Below, piece by piece: positions 58,578 to 64,000 of a stretch of 64,000 nucleotides of DNA (position 1 is the first letter of the stretch; the number at the start of each line of letters is the position of its first letter). The position numbers and the translations under genes were made by a program. The notes beneath the pieces are model-generated. The model did no database searches. It had not been told where the DNA came from and saw only the letters and a list, made by a program, of their open reading frames with translations. Origin of the DNA: a virus; IMG/VR virus record IMGVR_UViG_3300021364_000015, positions 4,531 through 68,530 of that record, one strand, 5' to 3'.

Positions 58578-59603
58578 GTGAGTAAACGAGTACTACTAAC
58601 AGGTGGACTAGGATTTATTGGTTCCCACACTGTTGAACATTGGCTAAAGAACACGGATTGGGAAATTGTTGTCTTGGATTCCCTCCGGTTCTCGGGACGG
58701 GTAGAGCGCCTAACTGATATTGATGGTTACGACCCAAGTAGAGCAACCGTGCTGTGGCACGACATGCGTGCTCCCTTCCACGACCAGATCAAGCGTCAAA
58801 TTGGCGATGTAGACTATATCGTAAACATGGCGTCCGACTCACACGTAGATCGGTCAATCACCGAACCAGTAGACTTTGTACAAAACAACGTAAACCTCGT
58901 ACTTAACGCTTTAGAGTACGCACGAGAAGTCAAGCCTGAAAAGTTTATTCAAGTCTCAACAGACGAAGTATACGGTCCAGCGCCCGCAGGTCACGACCAC
59001 GCAGAAGGAGAGGCCCACCGACCCTCCAACCCGTACTCTGCTTCCAAGTCCGCACAAGAATCAATCGCATACTCCTATTGGCGAACCTTTGACGTACCCG
59101 TCATCATCACCAACACGATGAACAACTTTGGCGAGCGCCAGCACCCAGAAAAGTATGTACCGATGGTAATCAAAAAGATTATCGCCGGAGACAAGATTGA
59201 CATTCACAGTAAGCCAAACCAAGACGGCAGTTGGGAGATCGGCTCACGAGTATGGCTACACGCCAGAAACCACGCTGACGCTATCCAACACATCATTGAA
59301 ACCGTGGATGTTGACTACTACATCGACAGTATCGCCACACCCGACCTACAGCGATTCAACGTAGCAGGAGAACAAGAGATCGACAATCTCCAAATTGTAA
59401 AAATGATCTCTGACATCATAGGCCAAGAACCAGTATACGAACTTGTTGACTTCCACTCAAGTCGCCCCGGCCACGATTTGCGATACTCATTAGATGGTGG
59501 TAAACTGAGAGCAGCAGGATGGGTGCCGCCAATGACCGTAGAAGAGTCATTTAGACGGACAGTCGAATGGACGCTTAACCACCCAGAGTGGCTACAAGAC
59601 TAA
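58578..59603 (+). CDS. rmlB: dTDP-glucose 4,6-dehydratase (NDP-sugar dehydratase)
   Basis: TGGLGFIGS, 'ASDSHVDRSI', 'STDEVYG', YSASK, 'RPGHDLRY'. Confidence 0.9.
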   Translation: MSKRVLLTGGLGFIGSHTVEHWLKNTDWEIVVLDSLRFSGRVERLTDIDGYDPSRATVLWHDMRAPFHDQIKRQIGDVDYIVNMASDSHVDRSITEPVDFVQNNVNLVLNALEYAREVKPEKFIQVSTDEVYGPAPAGHDHAEGEAHRPSNPYSASKSAQESIAYSYWRTFDVPVIITNTMNNFGERQHPEKYVPMVIKKIIAGDKIDIHSKPNQDGSWEIGSRVWLHARNHADAIQHIIETVDVDYYIDSIATPDLQRFNVAGEQEIDNLQIVKMISDIIGQEPVYELVDFHSSRPGHDLRYSLDGGKLRAAGWVPPMTVEESFRRTVEWTLNHPEWLQD

Positions 59604-59623
59604 GAACAAACAAAAGGAGCAAC

Positions 59624-60304
59624 ATGACAAAGGAACTAACCGTACTAGATAAAGGCTTTATTCGCCTAGACGCTGCATCCGCAGACGACTTGAGCGTGGT
59701 AAACGCCGCACGAGTTAGTTTTGGGGTACGGAGTGATGAACTGACAGAAAAAGACAAGGGACTGATCGGTTTCCTGATGCGAGAACAGCACGGAACGCCT
59801 TTTGAACACAACTTTTTTAGGTTCCACATTAAAGCACCCATCTTCGTTGTACGAGAATGGTTCCGGCATCGCATCGGATGGTCATACAACGAATATTCGG
59901 GACGCTACTCAGAAATCCCGACCGAAGCCTACATCCCAGCCGCCGAACAAATGCGCACACAGGTAGGTAAGCCCGGAGCATACACATTTGAACCAATGGA
60001 AAACTACCAGTTCTCTAAAGATCGAATTAAACTTTCATACGCACAAAGTTTTGGAGCCTACGAAAAACTTCTACAAGAAGGCGTAGCCAAAGAAGTAGCC
60101 CGGATGGTGCTACCCGTCGCCACATACAGCGAATTCTACGCAACAACAAACGCCCGAGCACTTATGAATTTCATAAACCTCCGAGGCGACGAAACTGCAC
60201 AGTGGGAAATCCGACAGTACGCACACTCACTGGAGTACTTCTTCCAAGAAGCAATGCCCGTCACACACAATCACTTTGTACAAAATCAAAGAGTAGCCCC
60301 GTAA
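59624..60304 (+). CDS. thyX: Flavin-dependent thymidylate synthase
   Basis: 'HGTPFEH', 'REWFRHR...YNEYSGRY', 'EVARMVLP', 'AQWEIR'. Confidence 0.96.
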   Translation: MTKELTVLDKGFIRLDAASADDLSVVNAARVSFGVRSDELTEKDKGLIGFLMREQHGTPFEHNFFRFHIKAPIFVVREWFRHRIGWSYNEYSGRYSEIPTEAYIPAAEQMRTQVGKPGAYTFEPMENYQFSKDRIKLSYAQSFGAYEKLLQEGVAKEVARMVLPVATYSEFYATTNARALMNFINLRGDETAQWEIRQYAHSLEYFFQEAMPVTHNHFVQNQRVAP

Positions 60305-60326
60305 CAAATTGTGCTAAAATAAAAAC

Positions 60327-61292
60327 ATGAGCGAAATAACGATTATCGACAACTACGAATACAACGGTGAACGCACAGACACCGCCGAGTTCTACGAAAA
60401 ACACGGCTTTGCAATCATCCCCAACGCTGTCCCTGACGAGTCACTAAACATGTACGGCGAACGCTGGGACGCCGAATTCGACACACCCGATAATCCCAAC
60501 TTTGTTGGATGGGAAGACGACAAAGCATACATGAACGTCCCCGAACTTAAAGAAGTACTCTGCCATAAAGGTGTAAACAACTTCTTCAAAGAAATCGACA
60601 TCGCCGTAGCACTACACGTCACCAAAACACGGATGACAGTGCAACACACCGGATGGCACCTAGACGCCACACACCCCCACGACGTAGGGCCAAAAAACTA
60701 CGTCGGAGGCATGGTAGCACTAGGAGACTGCAACGAAACAAACGGGGCAATCGAAGCCATCCCCGGATCACATAAATGGGACCTAAACTATCGGGAACGC
60801 TACAGCAACCCCGACAGAACAAGTCACCCAAAATCGGCAGAGTTTGAAACCCACCGGCAAGAAACTAATGCCCCAATCGTGCAACTCCACGCCCGCCGAG
60901 GCGACCTACAAGTATGGCACGGACGCTCAGTCCACCGAGCCGCCCAACCCACACAAAACAACGTAAAGCGCCCAGCAGTCGTAGCACACTGGTGCAACCG
61001 GCTCGTAGCCGAATCAGAAGTAGAAAAAGCGGGAGGACACGTCCCATACGAAATCATGGCAGACGACCTCATCACAAACAAATCAAACTCCAACGAACAC
61101 TTCTTCCAACGCTGGGGAGACGACGGCGGATTCTACTACCCCAACTGCACAATCACCCGCACATGGCTAGGACGAAACTTCCCCGAAGTCCCCTACGACC
61201 GAGTACTATGGGAAGACCTACCATCATACGGTATTCAACACGACATGGGTGACCCCGACCTGCTACTACCAGACGGCGGCGGCAACTACTAA
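60327..61292 (+). CDS. PhyH-family 2OG-Fe(II) dioxygenase
   Basis: WHLD, 'ALGD....NG....IPGSH', 'GD..VWH...VHRA'. Confidence 0.85.
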   Translation: MSEITIIDNYEYNGERTDTAEFYEKHGFAIIPNAVPDESLNMYGERWDAEFDTPDNPNFVGWEDDKAYMNVPELKEVLCHKGVNNFFKEIDIAVALHVTKTRMTVQHTGWHLDATHPHDVGPKNYVGGMVALGDCNETNGAIEAIPGSHKWDLNYRERYSNPDRTSHPKSAEFETHRQETNAPIVQLHARRGDLQVWHGRSVHRAAQPTQNNVKRPAVVAHWCNRLVAESEVEKAGGHVPYEIMADDLITNKSNSNEHFFQRWGDDGGFYYPNCTITRTWLGRNFPEVPYDRVLWEDLPSYGIQHDMGDPDLLLPDGGGNY

Positions 61293-61331
61293 AAGTTGCC
61301 CACCACACCCAACTGTGGTAAACTAGCACGT

Positions 61332-61682
61332 ATGGAACCATACGGATTTTACCCACGATACACACAAACAGTTGACTACCTAGAAGACGCCAACCCTGAA
61401 GCACTCTTCGCAGACGGGCTAGAAGGAGCCTGCATAGGACACACCGAAATCTGGGACAACGACGGCAGACGCCGAGCGCTCGCCGTATACAGCAAACAAA
61501 AAATTATACAACACTTCGTAGAAGACCACTACATGACCCCAGAATCCGCAGCAGAATACGCCGACTTCAACATCTACAGCGCATACATGGGACCAAACAC
61601 GCCCCTATTCGTAGACGAAACCTACAACGCCGTCCCCTACACAATCCAGCCCGTGCTACCCGAAGAAATGTACGAATTTTGA
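61332..61682 (+). CDS. Hypothetical phage protein
   Basis: 'DGLE.A.IG', 'AVYS', 'EY.DFNI..AY.G..TP.F'; promoter TTGCCC-17-TAAACT-7nt-ATG. Confidence 0.7.
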   Translation: MEPYGFYPRYTQTVDYLEDANPEALFADGLEGACIGHTEIWDNDGRRRALAVYSKQKIIQHFVEDHYMTPESAAEYADFNIYSAYMGPNTPLFVDETYNAVPYTIQPVLPEEMYEF

Positions 61683-63565
61683 AAAGACTCTACCTCAAAG
61701 GCACAAACCTCGTCCTAGACACACCATACAACAAAGACGAAGTACAAGCCCTAAAAACATCATTCCCCAACGCACGCTGGGACAAAATCAACAAACACTG
61801 GACAATACCCCTCGCCGCCCGCAAACGAGCCATCGCCTTCGCAAACTCGTGGAACATCGACGTGGACGACGACCTAATCCGCCTACAACTACCAGAACAC
61901 CCCATAGGCGAAACCACCATCAGACTTGAAAAATCAATCCTACAAATCGTCGTACCCTACGACACCCTACAAATCCACGACCTCAAAGCCATCCCCGGCA
62001 TCAAATGGAACCCCCACCACAACCACTGGGAAACCCCCTACACCAACGTACACGAACTCATCCAATGGGCAGACAAATACAACCACCCCATCCCCGAACA
62101 CATCCGCACACAAGCCAACATCGAAACCCAAAAAGCCCAACACGCACAAAACCTCACACAAGCCACAGACGCCAAAATCACCATCCCAACCCTCAAACTA
62201 GAACTCTACCCCTACCAACGAGCAGGCGTAGCCTACGCCGCCGAAAAACAACGCACCTTCATCGCAGACGAAATGGGCCTCGGCAAAAGCATCCAAGCCC
62301 TCGCCACCACAGAACACACAAACCAATACCCAGCCCTCATCATCTGCCCCACCAGCCTCACAGAAGACTGGAAAACCAAAATCCAAGAAGCCCTACCCCA
62401 CCGCACCATCCAAACCATCGAAGGCCGCAAAACCCCCGAACTGACCGAAACCGACTACACCATCATCGGCTACCCAAACATCCACGCCCAAAAACAACAC
62501 CTCAACAACCAACACCACAACACCCTCATCCTAGACGAATCCCACTACTGCAAAAACCCAGACGCACAACGCACCAAAGCCGCCAAACACATCGCCAAAA
62601 ACATCCCAACCACCGGCAACATCCTCCTCCTCACCGGCACACCCATCACCAACATGCCAGCCGAATACGCCCCACAACTCGAAATCCTCGGCCACATCGA
62701 CAACTTCGGAGGCCGCTGGAACTTCTACAAACGATACTGCGGAGCCTACAGAGACAACTGGGGCCACTGGCAAATCCACGGCTCAACCAACAACAAAGAA
62801 CTCCTCAACAAACTACAAACCCACTGCTACATCCGCAGAGAAAAACAACACGTCCTCACCGACCTCCCACCAATCACATACAACACCATCCACACCACAA
62901 TGGACAAAAAACACCGCACAATGTACAACCACGCCCTCAACGACCTCCAAGAATGGTACACCCAACAACAAGAACAAATCGCCATCAACGAAGGCACCAA
63001 CCCCAACCAAGCACGAATCCGAGCACACTACGCAACACAAAACTACGAAACCCTCATCCAACTCACAGAACTCAGAAAAATCGCCGCCAACTCCAAAATC
63101 CCCCACGCCCTAGAATGGATCGAAAACGCCAACAACTCAGGACAAAAAATCGTCATCGCCGCCCACCACCGCCAAATAGTACAAACCCTAGCAAACGAAC
63201 TAAACGCCCCAATGATCATCGGAGGCCAAAACCCCCAAAAGACCGAAACCGCCAAACAAGAATTCCAACATAACACAAACTGCATGAACATCATCATCTC
63301 AATAGACGCAGCAGCACACGGACACACCCTCACAGCATCAAACAACATGCTATTCATCGAAGCCCCCTGGACACCCGCCAAATACCACCAAACCTGCGCC
63401 CGAATCCACCGAATCGGACAAACCAAACCCGCCACCATCCACAACCTCATCAACCCCAACACCATCGACCAACACATCTACAACACACTACAAAACAAAA
63501 CCCAAAAAACACAACCAGCAATCACACCCACAGCCATACAAAACATCCTCAACACAAAACCCTGA
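61679..63565 (+). CDS. SNF2-family helicase (HARP/SMARCAL1-like)
   Basis: 'LYPYQ', 'IADEMGLGKS', DESH, 'LTGTP', 'ARIHRIGQ'. Confidence 0.92.
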   Translation: MKRLYLKGTNLVLDTPYNKDEVQALKTSFPNARWDKINKHWTIPLAARKRAIAFANSWNIDVDDDLIRLQLPEHPIGETTIRLEKSILQIVVPYDTLQIHDLKAIPGIKWNPHHNHWETPYTNVHELIQWADKYNHPIPEHIRTQANIETQKAQHAQNLTQATDAKITIPTLKLELYPYQRAGVAYAAEKQRTFIADEMGLGKSIQALATTEHTNQYPALIICPTSLTEDWKTKIQEALPHRTIQTIEGRKTPELTETDYTIIGYPNIHAQKQHLNNQHHNTLILDESHYCKNPDAQRTKAAKHIAKNIPTTGNILLLTGTPITNMPAEYAPQLEILGHIDNFGGRWNFYKRYCGAYRDNWGHWQIHGSTNNKELLNKLQTHCYIRREKQHVLTDLPPITYNTIHTTMDKKHRTMYNHALNDLQEWYTQQQEQIAINEGTNPNQARIRAHYATQNYETLIQLTELRKIAANSKIPHALEWIENANNSGQKIVIAAHHRQIVQTLANELNAPMIIGGQNPQKTETAKQEFQHNTNCMNIIISIDAAAHGHTLTASNNMLFIEAPWTPAKYHQTCARIHRIGQTKPATIHNLINPNTIDQHIYNTLQNKTQKTQPAITPTAIQNILNTKP

Positions 63566-63714
63566 CATAACACAAACCAACCAACCCATAAAAAATATGT
63601 CACAAGTCCGCCCCCAGATGGAGGAGGCCGTCGGAAAGTCCCGGGCATATCACATGACCCCTTCGATGTCAAGTCGTGTAACGAAACTGTAACATTTGGG
63701 GTCGGGTGGTGATG

Positions 63715-63924
63715 CGAACATGTGTTCGTGTGGGTTGGTGCGTGTGAGGGTGCATGCGAACATGTGTTCGTGCGAACATGTGTTCGGTTGGGGTCGGGTC
63801 GGGGTCGGGGTGCGAACGTGTGTTCGTGTGCCGATGGGTCGGTCGGTGCGAACGTGTGTTCGGTCGGCGTGAGCGAACGTGTGTTCGTGGACGGGCTGAG
63901 GTGAGGGGTGCGAACGTGTGTTCG
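63715..63924. repeat. Array of seven palindromic CGAAC-N4-GTTCG boxes (LexA/SOS-box-like, or iterons)
   Basis: Copies start at 63715, 63757, 63773, 63813, 63849, 63874 and 63911. Confidence 0.85.
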
Positions 63925-64000
63925 TGCGGGTTGGTTCTGAGCGGTTGGGTTGGTTGTCGGGTGCGGGTGCTGAGCGGGTAGCTGAGCGGGTGTCGGGTCG

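Noticed and set aside
62005-63273. 422-aa overlapping ORF inside the SNF2 gene, plus several antisense ORFs
   Set aside because: The extreme T/G depletion removes stop codons; the translation is low-complexity Pro/His/Arg/Gln.
63715-63924. CRISPR mini-array linked to the Cas4-like gene
   Set aside because: Repeats are only 14-16 bp with 2-28 bp low-complexity spacers. The Cas4-like gene is a stand-alone phage exonuclease next to an annealase, and no cas1/cas2 is present.
1-64000. tRNA genes, integrase, transposase, reverse transcriptase/DGR
   Set aside because: None recognised by eye or in the ORF track; a tRNAscan run would be needed to exclude tRNAs fully.

Overview
A 64-kb segment of a large, contractile-tailed (myovirus-like) dsDNA phage with an HK97-type head. 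The host is probably an actinobacterium, inferred from WhiB, an actinobacterial-type ferredoxin, an r1t-type holin, SigA promoters driving leaderless mRNAs, and CGAAC-N4-GTTCG boxes. Layout: 1-11 kb tail/baseplate and endolysin (minus strand); 11-16 kb accessory block with ahpC and class II RNR; 16-34 kb head module with MCP, a 2434-aa multidomain protein, protease, MuF and portal; terminase on the opposite strand; 35-47 kb modification and recombination genes; 47-64 kb LicD cassette, recA, holins, a mucin-like surface protein, tdk, ssb, primase-helicase, rmlB, thyX and an SNF2 helicase. The most notable unexplained signals are: (1) a promoter-driven, highly base-paired ~400-nt non-coding RNA candidate at 47.6-48.0 kb; (2) a canonical -1 slippery site that would fuse the portal to a start-less MuF ORF; (3) seven LexA-type boxes beside an extreme C/A-to-G/T strand-skew switch (probable origin) at 63.6-63.9 kb; (4) a giant Nudix/kinase-like virion protein, plus shared modules and Lys motifs across the head proteins; (5) small-RNA and riboswitch-like elements. 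All product calls come from motif recognition by eye; no database searches were run.
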